Assembly (NCBI GenBank): GCA_044892525.1 | Contig: CM097885.1 | Location: 24,430,001-24,494,000 of the forward strand | Direction: 5' to 3' | DNA from: Schmidtea polychroa | Taxonomy: Eukaryota | Length of the DNA stretch: 64,000 nucleotides | Shown: positions 1 through 13,951 of the stretch, piece after piece | Layout: every line of letters starts with the position of its first letter | Position numbering within the stretch: position 1 is the first letter of the stretch | Notes under the pieces: model-generated | Told to the model about the DNA's origin: nothing | What the model saw: only the letters and a program-made list of their open reading frames with translations | The model's database searches: none | Program-made: the position numbers and the translations under genes

Positions 1-254
1 TGAGAATTGAAATTTTTTAATGAAAATTTTTATAAAATAATTTTTTAAGTTAATTTTTAATGGAAATTTTTATGAAATATTTTTCAATGGTAATTTTTAA
101 TGAAAATTTTAATGAATTATTTTTCAATGGTAATTTTTAATGGAAATTTTTATGAAATATTTTTCAATGATAATTTTAGATGGAAATTTTTAAGATAATT
201 TTTAATGAAAATTTTTATGAAATATTTTTCAAAGACAAATTTTAATAATAATTC

Positions 255-1410
255 AACAACAAACCAACAACTTAGTACCAACAACCAGTAACTTACGAAC
301 ATGTATTAACAACCAGATACCTACAACTAGTTACTAACAACCAGTTACCTGATACCAAGTACCTACAACTAGATACTAACAATATGTTACCAGATACCAA
401 GTACTTACAACTAGTTACTAACAATCAGTTACCTGCTACCTAGTACTTACAACTAGTTACTAACAACCAGTTACCTGCTACCAAGTACTTACAACTAGTT
501 ACTAACAACCAACTACTTACAACTAGTTACTAACAATCAGTTACCTGCTGCAAAGTACCTACCAAGTACTAACAATAAAAAACAATCAACCAACTAGCTA
601 CCACCTACCAAGCACTCAACCGTCAACAACCAGTTACTAAGCATTATTAACCAACTACTAAGTACCTACAACCAAAAACAACCAGCTATCAACTAGATAC
701 CAAGTACTTACAACCAACATCAACCAGGTACTAAGCATCATCAACTAACTACTAAGTACCTACAACCTACAACTAGATACTAACAACCAGTTACCTGCTA
801 CCAAGTACTTACAACTAGTTACTAACAACCAATACAACTAGGTACTAGATACCAAGTACTTACAACCAACATCAACCAGGTACTGAGCATTATCAACCAA
901 CTAAATACTAAGTACTAACAACCAACCAACTAGGTACTAGATACCAAGTACTCACAACCAACAACAACCAGGTACTAAGCAATAATTACCAACTACTAAG
1001 TACCTACAACCACCTACCCATTAACTAGCTACAACCAGCTAACAACTAACTACCAAGTACATACAACCAACAACAACCAAGTACTAAGCATTATTAACCA
1101 ACTACCAAGTACCTACAACTAGATACTAACAACCAAAAACATGCAACCAACTAGCTACCAAGTACTAACAACCAACAACAACCAGGTACTAAGCATTATA
1201 AACCAACTACTAAGTACCTACAACCAACTAGCTACCACCTACCAGGTACTAACAACTAAGCATTAATTACCTACAACTTGTTACTAACAACTAGATACCA
1301 AGTACATACAACCAACATCAACCAGGTACTAAGCATTATCAACCAAGTACTAACAACCAAGTAACTTACCTAGTACTAAGCACTGTCAACTAGATACCAA
1401 ACACTTACAA
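255..1410 (+). repeat. Complex strand-skewed C/A-rich satellite (modules ACAACTAGATACC, AAGTACTTAC, CAACCAGTTACC). Also at ~6870-7950, 13105-13656, 15590-17070, 46098-46625, and inverted at 27595-29560
   Basis: Shuffled short modules are visible directly; the strand is G-poor. Confidence 0.9.
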
Positions 1411-1711
1411 CCAGATGACCACATGAAATTATTGGTTAAATATGAAAATAAGGATTATATTTAGTTGTTAAGTAAATTATGGTGTAAAATTAAGAAATAA
1501 AAAATAATTAGGTAAATTAAAGTTAAAAATTTTAAATAAGTAAATTAAGGTTCAAAATTTAAAATTAAGTATCCAATGGTTCAAATTTTAAATTAAAGCT
1601 AAATAAGTAAATTAAACTAAGATTTTTAAATTTATTATCAAAAGATTGAATAACCACCAACTTTTTTGAGAAATGTAATTTATAATGAAAATTTAAATGG
1701 AAATTTTAATG

Positions 1712-1872
<161 letters not shown>

Positions 1873-2304
1873 ATTCAACAGTTACCAACAATCGGTTACT
1901 GATTATTTTTTAACTAGGTGCAAACAAATACTTACAACATGATACCACGTACTAACTAACTCTCAAACAACCAGATACTTACAACTAACTACTAAATATT
2001 CTTGATTTGTATTTTATGAAATGTATTTTTTAAAATTAATTTTTTATCTATCTTCAAAAATATATTTAATTACAATCAGTAGAAAAACCTTTTCAAATTT
2101 AACAAAAATGTTGATTTTCATCAAAAAACCACAACTCAATCACTTTAAAACACCACGTGGAATTCAAAATAATTTTAATTACAATGAAAGACTAATGAAT
2201 TCTAATTTACAAAACATTTTTCTTTTAATTGATTACTTTAATTACTTTTTAATTGCAAAGTAAAAATCGCATTCAATAAATACTTATTGTTGATCAGTTT
2301 TATT

Positions 2305-2430
2305 ATATATACTCTGAGTTTATCCGACAGGATGTTTTGACCCCCCCCCTAAGGGTACTGGTCGTAAGGGTATTAGTCGTAAAGGTACTATTTGTAAATG
2401 TATTAGTCGTAAGGGTACTGGTCGTAATGA
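2305..2430 (+). repeat. Dispersed ~90-bp motif TATATACTC.AGT.TATCCGACA...CCCCTA.GGGTA plus ~15-bp GGGTACTGGTCGTAA-like units; first of about 19 copies
   Basis: Copies near 2305, 8703, 17867, 23364, 32711, 32995, 34452, 36322, 39275 and 47381 (+), and near 21200, 26700, 38120, 41083, 43073, 44257, 44531, 50770 and 61940 (-). Confidence 0.9.
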
Positions 2431-5309
2431 TATTGCTAACTCTCAAACCCCCCACCTACCCATTAACTAGCTACAACCAGCTAACAACTAGATACCAAGT
2501 ACTTACAACCAGCATCAAAACCCATCGAGAAATTAACAAATATCAACCTACAACTAGATACTAACAACATCTCACCAACTACCAAGTACAAGATACCAAC
2601 AACTTAATATCATCTACCAGTAACTATAAACACGTATTTTCAACTAGATACCAAGTACTTACAACAATATACCAAACGCTATCAGTTAAGTACTTACAAC
2701 AAGATACCAAGACTATCAGCAAAATACTATCAACCAGATACCAAGTACCAACAATCAACTAACAACACAGTAAAAATAATAGCAATTAAATACAAAATAA
2801 TCTTCATCACATACAATATCTTATCAAAATCTAAAAAGTCAATCAGTTACCAACTACCAAGTACCAAGTACTAACAACCAACTACTTACAACCAACAACT
2901 ATGTACTAACAAATTGATCTTTAAAAGAAAAATACTCATCACTTGAAAAATTAGATGGAAAATTAATTAAACTCAAGGCATCAATAACTAGGTAAAAATT
3001 GATTAAATTATTGTAAAAATTTAAAATATTCGAAATAAATATCATAAAAATTTAATTAATGGACAGGAAAAAATTCTAGTCATCCAGTAAATAAAAAAAC
3101 TACTGATCATTCAAGTTGAATCAACTAAGATAATAAATTAATAAGATAAGATCTAGTAGATAATTGATTTAGATTGAATAAATTAATTGAAATAAAATTA
3201 ATTTTAATTTTTTTTTAAAAAGTCATACATGTACTCAAATTGATTGACTGATTTCTCAATATATTCAAAAAATCAGTATAAATTCATTACAATTATCAAA
3301 GTCAGCAATCTACAATAAAAATAATTATCATTAAATTCCAAAAGAGACTAGATAACTAATGATAACATCTAACAAACCAGTAAATTCATTTAAATGGCAA
3401 TAATTGGTATATCCAAGTGAATTCTCCAATAAAATCATCTAAAAAGAATCATTTTCCCCTAAATATATCAATATTTAAAGATTGGTATTTTAATGATAAG
3501 TACTTGTTAAAGATCATATATTAACCTCAAACAAACAAGATTCCTTAAAATCCCCTTAAATGACTATATTTCTATCCTTAATTCATATTATTACAAATAT
3601 CATCTAAAAAGCATCAAATTTCCCTGAAATATATCAATATTTAAAGATTGATATTTTAATGATAAGTACCCGTAAAGGATCATATATTCCCCTCAGACTA
3701 ATAAGATTGCTTAAAGTCCCATTTAAATGACTATAATTCTAACTTTAATTCCTATTATCACGAATAATTCCCTATAAAACATGTAAAATCATTAACCCTA
3801 AATAATTTATAAAATCTAATGATAAAAGCAGTTATAATTAAATTTTTATTCTAAAAATAAATCACTCTATTTGAAATTTACAATAATTATTACTGTACAA
3901 TATAGCTGACTAGGTCCCATTGAAAGATTAAATTTATCCATTCAATAAAATATATTTCTTCAAATGATCATTTTTACCGATATTCAACCGATTTAATTAC
4001 TAATTAAAATCACCCGATAGATTTCTTTCAATAAAGATCAATTTTATTTAGTTGTTGTCGATGTTTTAAGTCCATATTTCTAAACTTTTGTCATTCTCCG
4101 CCTAAATAAAGATAAAAATAATTTAAAGTTGATATCAATCCCATTTATCTGTAAAGTTTTCATCGTCAAAACCAAGTAAATCGATCATTATCCCTACTTA
4201 ATAAAACATAAGTCTAAATTAATATACAATGGATTAATCACAACCTAATAAAACGATATAATTTCACATTATTATTGATTCATAACTGACTAATGTATTG
4301 CAATTTCCTTAAAAAACATTGATATTTTACCAACATCACCCTTAAAAAATCATATATTCCCATCTTAACCCATTCCTCATTAAAGTCAATCGACTATATC
4401 TCCCTTACAATGATATATTCCCATCTTAACCCATCTCACATTAAATCTAACCGACTATATCCCCTTAAAAGATCATATTTTCCCCATCTTAACCGATCTC
4501 TCATTAAATCTAACCAACAATATCCCATCTTAACCGATCTCTCACCAAATATTTCTACCCCCCTTTAAACATCTAACCGAATATATCCTTCAATTCTACC
4601 CACTTGAATCCTCCTTTAATTCAATTCAGTCTTAAAATCTTTAAAGAACTTCAAAAATATGACTTAATTGTTATAGACACCAAATATTCTTCCATTGAAA
4701 TAATTTAGTAGCTATGTAGTAAGAGTTCACTAAAAGATCAAAAATCAATATTTTCTACAAATATATACCATCAAATACTGGAGATGATATATATTGATTG
4801 ATCATAATTCTTCATCGATTCAGCCAATCATTTTCAAGCAATAACAGCAAACTAAATTTCAGTATATTCTACAATCATTTTCAAGTAAATTTAAATTCCT
4901 TGTTAAAGTCAACTAGCTCATGTTTTTTAAAGTTCATCAATGAGTAAATATTCTTAGAAAATTATTGAAAAAATTATTTAGTGAAATATATTACAAACTT
5001 ATCATTAAAAATTTATTCTATCACTTGAAATTAATTTTTATTTAAAAACTATTCAATAAAATACCACTAATTATCAAGAAATTAATTAAATTTATCAATT
5101 AAATTTATCACCATTAAAACTTTTAATCAGTCAACATGAAATTCTTAGAAAATTGTTCAATATCCTCATAAAAATTTATCCTACCACTTGATTATTGTAC
5201 AAACTCTAATTATTAACCTCATTAAAAATTAAAAATACATCCAATTATCAAGAAATTAATTAAATTTATCTTAGAACTAACTTTGAATTATTAAATATTC
5301 ATTCAATAA

Positions 5310-5640
5310 TCATGAAATCCACAAAAATAATAGAAATTTACAAAAATCAAAGAAATTCACAAAAATGATAAAAATTCATGAAAATGATAGAAATTCACAA
5401 AAACGATAAAAATTCATAAAAATTATAGCAATTCGCAAAAATAATAGGAAATTCACGAAAATGATAGATATCCACAAAAATTACAGATATTCACAAAAAT
5501 TACGGAAAATAATAGAAATCCGCAAAAATAATAGAAATTCACAAAAAAAAACGATAATAATTCACAAAAAAGATAGAAATTCATGAAAATAATAGAAAAT
5601 TACAAAAAATGATGGAAATTCACAAAAATGTTAGAAATTA
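5310..5640 (+). repeat. ~19-20 bp minisatellite (AAAATGATAGAAATTCACA). Also at ~11495-11782, 20960-21105, 23560-23700 (-) and 50345-50672
   Basis: Degenerate tandem units. Confidence 0.85.
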
Positions 5641-5649
5641 CGCAATTGT

Positions 5650-6110
5650 TCCACACTATAGTGAGGGGGTCTCGATGGTCCTGGGATTTTCAATACAAAT
5701 AAAATTTTTTCAATACAAAAATCCGACTACCACTAAAAAAGCATGGAATTTTCACACTATAGTGAGGGGGTCTCGATGGTCCTGGGATTTTCAATACAAA
5801 AAAAAATTTTTCAATACAAAAATCCGACTACCACTAAAAAAGCCAAGGATTTTTCAGACTATAGTGAGGTGAGTCTCCTTGGTCCTGAGAAATAGGTGGT
5901 CTACACTAAAAAAACTTGGTAATTTAAGGTCTCAGGATATTTTCAATACAAAAAGCTGGTCTACACTAAAAAAGCATGGTAATTTAAGGTGTCAGGATAT
6001 TTTCAATACAAAAAGCTGGTCTACACTAAAAGAGCCAAGGATTTTTCAGACTATAGTGAGGTGAGTCTCCTTGGTCCTGAGAAATAGGTGGTCTACACTA
6101 AAAACGTGGT
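5650..6110 (+). repeat. Subterminal modular repeat of the B/C family (CACTATAGTGAGG, GGTCTACACTAAAA, GATTTTCAATACAAAA). Also at 11795-12255, 14090-14500, and inverted at 30330-31445
   Basis: Repeated modules lie next to both B termini and after each C junction. Confidence 0.9.
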
Positions 6111-6660
6111 AAATTTTTCAATTAAAGTAAATAATGGTCCAAATTTTTCAATTACAGTAAATAATGGTTCTAAAAATTAAATTAAAGTAAATTATGGTCC
6201 TAAAAATTAAATTACAGTAAATTATGGTTCTAAAAATTAAATTACAGTAAATTATGGTTCTAAAAAATTAAATTACAGTAAATAATGGTTCTAAAAAATT
6301 AAATTACAGTAAATAATGGTCCCAAAAATTAAATTACAGTAAATTATGGGTCTAAAAATTAAATTAAAGTAAATTATGGTCTAAATAAGTAAATTATGGT
6401 TCAAATCTTTCAATTAAAGTAAATAATGGTCCAAATTTTTCAATTAAAGTAAATTAAGGTTCTAAAAATTAAATTACAGTAAAAGAATTTTAAAATTTTT
6501 AAATTAAAGTAAATTAAGGTTCTAAAAATTAAATTAAAGTTAATTAAGGTCCAAATTTTTAAATTAAGTAATCAATGGTAAAAAAATTTTAAATAAGTAA
6601 ATTAAAGTAATAATTTTTAAATAAGTAAATTAAAGTAATGTAATAAGTAAATTAAAGTAA
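6110..6660 (+). repeat. ~30-bp minisatellite (AATTAAATTACAGTAAATTATGGTTCTAAA). Also at 12255-12900, 14500-15340, and inverted at 29800-30330
   Basis: Tandem units with copy number varying between paralogues. Confidence 0.9.
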
Positions 6661-8245
6661 GATTTTAAAATTTATTAACAAAAAGTTGAAGGTGTTTGAG
6701 AATTGAAATTTTTTAATGAAAATTTTTATGGAATAATTTTTTAAGTAATTTTTAATGGAAATTTTTATGAAATAATTTTTTTAGTTAATTTTAGATGGAA
6801 ATTTTTAGGATAATTTTTAATGAAAATTTTTATGAAATATTTTTCAAAGACAAATTTTAATAATAATTCAACAACAAACCAACAACTTAGTACCAACAAC
6901 CAGTAACTTACGAACATGTTTTAACAACTAGATACCTACAACTAGTTACTAACAACTAGTTACCTGATATCAACTACTCACAACCAACAACAACCAGTTA
7001 CTAAGCATTATTAACCAACTACTAAGTACCTACAACTAGATACCACGTACTAAATAACTCTCAAACAACCAAGTACCTCCAACTAGATACTAACAACTAG
7101 ATACCAAGTACCTACAACTAGATACCACGTACTAACTGACTCTCAAACAACTAGATACTAACAACCAGTTACCTGCTACCAAGTACTTACAACTAGTTAC
7201 TAACAACCAACCAACTAGGTACTAGATACCAAGTACTAACAACCAACAACAACCAGGTACTAAGCATTATCAACCAACTAAATACTAAGTACTAACAACC
7301 AACCAACTAGGTACTAGATACCAAGTACTAACAACCAACAACAACCAGGTACTAAGCATCATCAACTAACTACTAAGTACCTACAACCTACAACTAGATA
7401 CTAACAACCAGTTACCTGATACCAAATACTTACAACTAGATACCAAGTACTATCAACCAAAAACAACCAACCAACTAGGTACTAGATACCAAGTACTAGC
7501 AACCAACAACAACCAGGTACTAAGCATTATCAACCAACTAAATACTAAGTACTAACAACCAACCAAATAGGTACTAGATACCAAGTACTAAGCATTATTA
7601 ACCAACTACTAAGTACCTACAACCAACTAGCTACCACCTACCAAGTACCTACAACTAGATACTAACAACCAGTTACCAAGTACCTACAACCACCTACCCA
7701 TTAACTAGCTACAACCAGCTAACAACTAGCTACCAACTACCAAGTACTAACAACCAACTAGCTACCACCTACCAAGTACTAACAAACAGTTACCAACTAC
7801 TAAGCATTAATTACCTACAACTAGTTACTAACAACTAGATACCAAGTACATACAACCAACAACTAAGCATTATCAACCAAGTACTAACAACCAAGTAACT
7901 TACCTAGTACTAAGCACTGTCAACTAGATACCAAACACTTACAACCAGATGACCACATGAAATTATTGGTTAAATATGAAAATAAGGATTATATTTAGTT
8001 GTTAAGTAAATTATGTTGTAAAATTAAGAAATAAAGAATAATTAGGTAAATTAAAGTTAAAACTTTTAAATAAGTAAATTAAGGTTCAAAATTTAAAATT
8101 AAGTATCCAATGGTTCAAATTTTAAATTAAAGCTAAATAAGTAAATTAAAGTAAGATTTTTAAATTTATTATCAAAAGATTGAATAACCACCAACTTTTT
8201 TGAGAAATGTAATTTATAATGAAAATTTAAATGGAAATTTAAATG

Positions 8246-8281
<36 letters not shown>

Positions 8282-11200
8282 TACTAATAATTCAACAGTT
8301 ACCAACAATCGGTTACTGATTATTTTTTAACTAGGTGCTAACAAATACTTACACCATGATACCACGTACTAACTAAATCTCAAACAACCAGATACTTACA
8401 ACTAACTACTAAATATTCTTTATTGTATTTTATGAAATGCTTTTTAAATTAATTTTTTATCTATCTTCAAAAATATGTTTAATTACAATCAATAGAAAAC
8501 CTTTTCAAATTTAACAAAAATGTTGATTTTCATCAAAAAAACCACAACTCATCACCACGTGGAATTCAAAATAATTTTAATTACAATGAAAGACTAATGA
8601 ATTCTAATTTACAAAACATTCTTCTTTTAAATGATAACTACTGACTTATTATTGCAAAGTAAAAATCGCATTCAATAAATACTTATTGTTGATCAGTTTT
8701 ATTATATATACTCTTAGTCTATCCGACAGGATGTTTTGACCCCCTAAGGGTACAGGTCGTAAGGGCACTGGTCGTAAAGGTATTAGTCGTAAGGGTACTG
8801 GTCGTAAGGATATTGCTAACTCTCAACCCCCCATCTACCAATTAACTAGATACTAACAATCACCATAAAAACCCATCGAGAAATTAACAAATATCAACCT
8901 ACAACTATATAACAACAATCAGTAAACAACACTATACCAACTACCAAATATAAGATACCAACAACTTAATATCATCTACCAGTAACTATAAACACGTATT
9001 TTCAATTAGATACCAAGTACTTACAACAATATACCAAACGCTATCAGTTAAGTACTTACAACAAGATACCAAAACTATCAGCAAAATACTATCAACCAGA
9101 TACCAAGTACCAACAATCAACTAACAACACATAAAAATAATAGCAATTAAATACAAAATATTCTTCATCGCATACACTATTTTCTTATCAAAATCTAAAA
9201 AGTCAACCAACTACTTATAACCTACAACTATGTATTAACAAATTGATCTTTAAAAGCAAATACTCATCACTTGAAAATATTTGATGAAAAATTAATTGAA
9301 CTCAAGGAACTTTTAAGATTTACCAATAACTAGGTAAAAATTGATTAAATTATTGTAAAAATTTAAATTATTCTAAATATACTAAATAAAAAAATATAAT
9401 TAATAGACAAAAAAGAATTCTAATCATTAATCATCCAGTAAATAAAAAAATACTGATCATTCAAGTTGAATCAACTAAGATATTAAATTAATAAGATAAG
9501 ATTTAGTAGATAATTGATTTAGATTGAATAAATTAATTGAAATAAAATTAATTTTAATTTTTTTTTAAAAAGTCATACATGTACTCAAATTGATTGACTG
9601 ATTTCTCAATATATTCAAAAAATCAGTATAAATTCATTACAATTATCAAAGTCAGCAATCTACAATAAAAATAATTATCATTAAATTCCAAAAGAGACTA
9701 GATAACTAATGATAACATCTAACAAACCAGTAAATTCATTTAAATGGCAATAATTGGTATATCCAAGTGAATTCTCCAATAAAATCATCTAAAAAGAATC
9801 ATTTCCCCCTAAATATATCAATATTTAAAGATTGGTATTTTAATGATAAGTACCCGTAAAGGATCATATATTCCCCTCAGACTAATAAGATTGCTTAAAG
9901 TCCCATTTAAATGACTATAATTCTAACTTTAATTCCTATTATCACGAATATTTCCCTATAAAACATGTAAAATCATTAACCCTAAATAATTTATAAAATC
10001 TAATGATAAAAGCAGTTATAATTAAATTTTTATTCTAAAAATAAATCACTCTATTTGAAATTTACAATAATTATTACTGTACAATATAGCTGACTAGGTC
10101 CCATTGAAAGATTAAATTTATCCATTCAATAAAATATATTTCTTCAAATGATCATTTTTACCGATATTCAACCGATTTAATTACTAATTAAAATCACCCG
10201 ATAGATTTCTTTCAATAAAGATCAATTTTATTTAGTTGTTGTCGATGTTTTAAGTCCATATTTCTAAACTTTTGTCATTCTCCGCCTAAATAAAGATAAA
10301 AATAATTTAAAGTTGATATCAATCCCATTTATCTGTAAAGTTTTCATCGTCAAAACCAAGTAAATCGATCATTATCCCTACTTAATAAAACATAAGTCTA
10401 AATTAATATACAATGGATTAATCACAACCTAATAAAACGATATAATTTCACATTATTATTGATTCATAACTGACTAATGTATTGCAATTTCCTTAAAAAA
10501 CATTGATATTTTACCAACATCACCCTTAAAAAATCATATATTCCCATCTTAACCCATTCCTCATTAAAGTCAATCGACTATATCTCCCTTACAATGATAT
10601 ATTCCCATCTTAACCCATCTCACATTAAATCTAACCGACTATATCCCCTTAAAAGATCATATTTTCCCCATCTTAACCGATCTCTCATTAAATCTAACCA
10701 ACAATATCCCATCTTAACCGATCTCTCACCAAATATTTCTACCCCCCTTTAAACATCTAACCGAATATATCCTTCAATTCTACCCACTTGAATCCTCCTT
10801 TAATTCAATTCAGTCTTAAAATCTTTAAAGAACTTCAAAAATATGACTTAATTGTTATAGACACCAAATATTCTTCCATTGAAATAATTTAGTAGCTATG
10901 TAGTAAGAGTTCACTAAAAGATCAAAAATCAATATTTTCTACAAATATATACCATCAAATACTGGAGATGATATATATTGATTGGTCATAATTCTTCATC
11001 GATTCAGCCAATCATTTTCAAGCAATAACAGCAAACTAAATTTCAGTATATTCTACAATCATTTTCAAGTAAATTTAAATTCCTTGTTAAAGTCAACTAG
11101 CTCATGTTTTTTAAAGTTCATCAATGAGTAAATATTCTTAGAAAATTATTGAAAAAATTATTTAGTGAAATATATTACAAACTTATCATTAAAAATCTAT

Positions 11201-13951
11201 TCTATCACTTGAAATTAATTTTTATTTAAAAACTATTCAATAAAATACCACTAATTATCAAGAAATTAATTAAATTTATCAATTAAATTTATCACCATTA
11301 AAACTTTTAATCAGTCAACATGAAATTCTTAGAAAATTGTTCAATATCCTCATAAAAATTTATCCTACCACTTGATTATTGTACAAACTCTAATTATTAA
11401 CCTCATTAAAAATTAAAAATACATCCAATTATCAAGAAATTAATTAAATTTATCTTAGAACTAACTTTGAATTATTAAATATTCATTCAATAATCATGAA
11501 ATCCACAAAAATAATAGAAATTTACAAAAATCAAAGAAATTCACAAAAATGATAAAAATTCATAAAAATTATAGCAATTCGCAAAAATAATAGGAAATTC
11601 ACGAAAATGATAGATATCCACAAAAATTACAGATATTCACAAAAATTACGGAAAATAATAGAAATCCGCAAAAATAATAGAAATTCACAAAAAAAACGAT
11701 AATAATTCACAAAAAAGATAGAAATTCATGAAAATAATAGAAAATTACAAAAAATGATGGAAATTCACAAAAATGTTAGAAATTACGCAATTGTTCCACA
11801 CTATAGTGAGGGGGTCTCGATGGTCCTGGGATTTTCAATACAAATAAAATTTTTTCAATACAAAAATCCGACTACCACTAAAAAAGCATGGAATTTTCAC
11901 ACTATAGTGAGGGGGTCTCGATGGTCCTGGGATTTTCAATACAAAAAAAAATTTTTCAATACAAAAATCCGACTACCACTAAAAAAGCCAAGGATTTTTC
12001 AGACTATAGTGAGGTGAGTCTCCTTGGTCCTGAGAAATAGGTGGTCTACACTAAAAAAACTTGGTAATTTAAGGTCTCAGGATATTTTCAATACAAAAAG
12101 CTGGTCTACACTAAAAAAGCATGGTAATTTAAGGTGTCAGGATATTTTCAATACAAAAAGCTGGTCTACACTAAAAGAGCCAAGGATTTTTCAGACTATA
12201 GTGAGGTGAGTCTCCTTGGTCCTGAGAAATAGGTGGTCTACACTAAAAACGTGGTAAATTTTTCAATTAAAGTAAATAATGGTCCAAATTTTTCAATTAC
12301 AGTAAATAATGGTTCTAAAAATTAAATTAAAGTAAATTATGGTCCAAATTTTTAAATTACAGTAAATTATGGTCCAAAAAATTGAATTAAAGTAAATTAT
12401 GGTCCTAAAAATTAAATTACAGTAAATTATGGTTCTAAAAATTAAATTACAGTAAATTATGGTTCTAAAAAATTAAATTACAGTAAATAATGGTTCTAAA
12501 AAATTAAATTACAGTAAATAATGGTCCTAAAAATTAAATTACAGTAATTATGGTCCAAATTTTTCAATTACAGTAAATAATGGTTCTAAAAAATTAAATT
12601 AAAGTAAATTATGGTCTAAATAAGTAAATTATGGTTCAAATTTTTCAATTAAAGTAAATAATGGTCCAAATTTTTCAATTAAAGTAAATTAAGGTTCTAA
12701 AAATTAAATTACAGTAAATAATGGTCCAAATTTTTAAATTAAAGTAAATTAAGGTTCTAAAAATTAAATTAAAGTTAATTAAGGTCCAAATTTTTAAATT
12801 AAGTAATCAATGGTAAAAAAATTTTAAATAAGTAAATTAAAGTAATAATTTTTAAATAAGTAAATTAAAGTAATGTAATAAGTAAATTAAAGTAAGATTT
12901 TAAAATTTATTAACAAAAAGTTGAAAGTGTTTGAGAATTGAAATTTTTTAATGAAAATTTTTATGGAATAATTTTTTAAGTAATTTTTAATGGAAATTTT
13001 TATGAAATAATTTCTTTAGTTAATTTTAGATGGAAATTTTTAAGATAATTTTTAATGAAAATTTTTATGAAATATTTTTCAAAGACAAATTTTAATAATA
13101 ATTCAACAACAAACCAACAACTTAGTACCAACAACCAGTAACTTACGAACATGTTTTAACAACTAGATACCTACAACTAGTTACTAACAACTAGTTACCT
13201 GATATCAACTACTCACAACCAACAACAACCAGTTACTAAGCATTATTAACCAACTACTAAGTACCTACAACTAGATACCACGTACTAAATAACTCTCAAA
13301 CAACCAAGTACCTCCAACTAGATACTAACAACTAGATACCAAGTACCTACAACTAGATACCACGTACTAACTGACTCTCAAACAACTAGATACTAACAAC
13401 CAGTTACCTGCTACCAAGTACTTACAACTAGTTACTAACAACCAACCAACTAGGTACTAGATACCAAGTACTAACAACCAACAACAACCAGGTACTAAGC
13501 ATTATCAACCAACTAAATACTAAGTACTAACAACCAACCAACTAGGTACTAGATACCAAGTACTAACAACCAACAACAACCAGGTACTAAGCATCATCAA
13601 CTAACTACTAAGTACTTACAACCTACAACTAGATACTAACAACCAGTTACCTGATAAGTAGTAGGATGTGAGCTCCCCAGACCATGTCCCCTCCAGATCA
13701 CATATACCCCCCCCCCCGGGAAAAAATTTTATTTTTTTTTTTAGAACGATGCCTAATATTTTTAGAACTATTACGTAATCAATGCCTAATATTTTTAGAA
13801 CGATGCCTAATATTTTTAGAACTATTACGTAATTTTTTTTAAATTAAGTGATCCAGCGGGGACCTACTTTTTTTCTTCCCAAAAGTAATGTTCCCGCCAA
13901 CAAATTTTATTAACCGATACCTCATCTTCAAGCTCAGTCCAAGACCTTTCG

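Noticed and set aside
5653..5665. CACTATAG resembling the T7/SP6 promoter end (possible vector contamination)
   Set aside because: The upstream promoter bases are absent, and the motif is part of a native repeated module.
5609..6064. Repeated short ORFs (also 11754, 12024, 14010, 14069 and 30329-31339)
   Set aside because: Frames run through subterminal tandem repeats, and frame and length are not conserved between copies.
6110..6660. ~30-bp repeats as a CRISPR array
   Set aside because: No unique spacers, no cas genes, and the context is eukaryotic.
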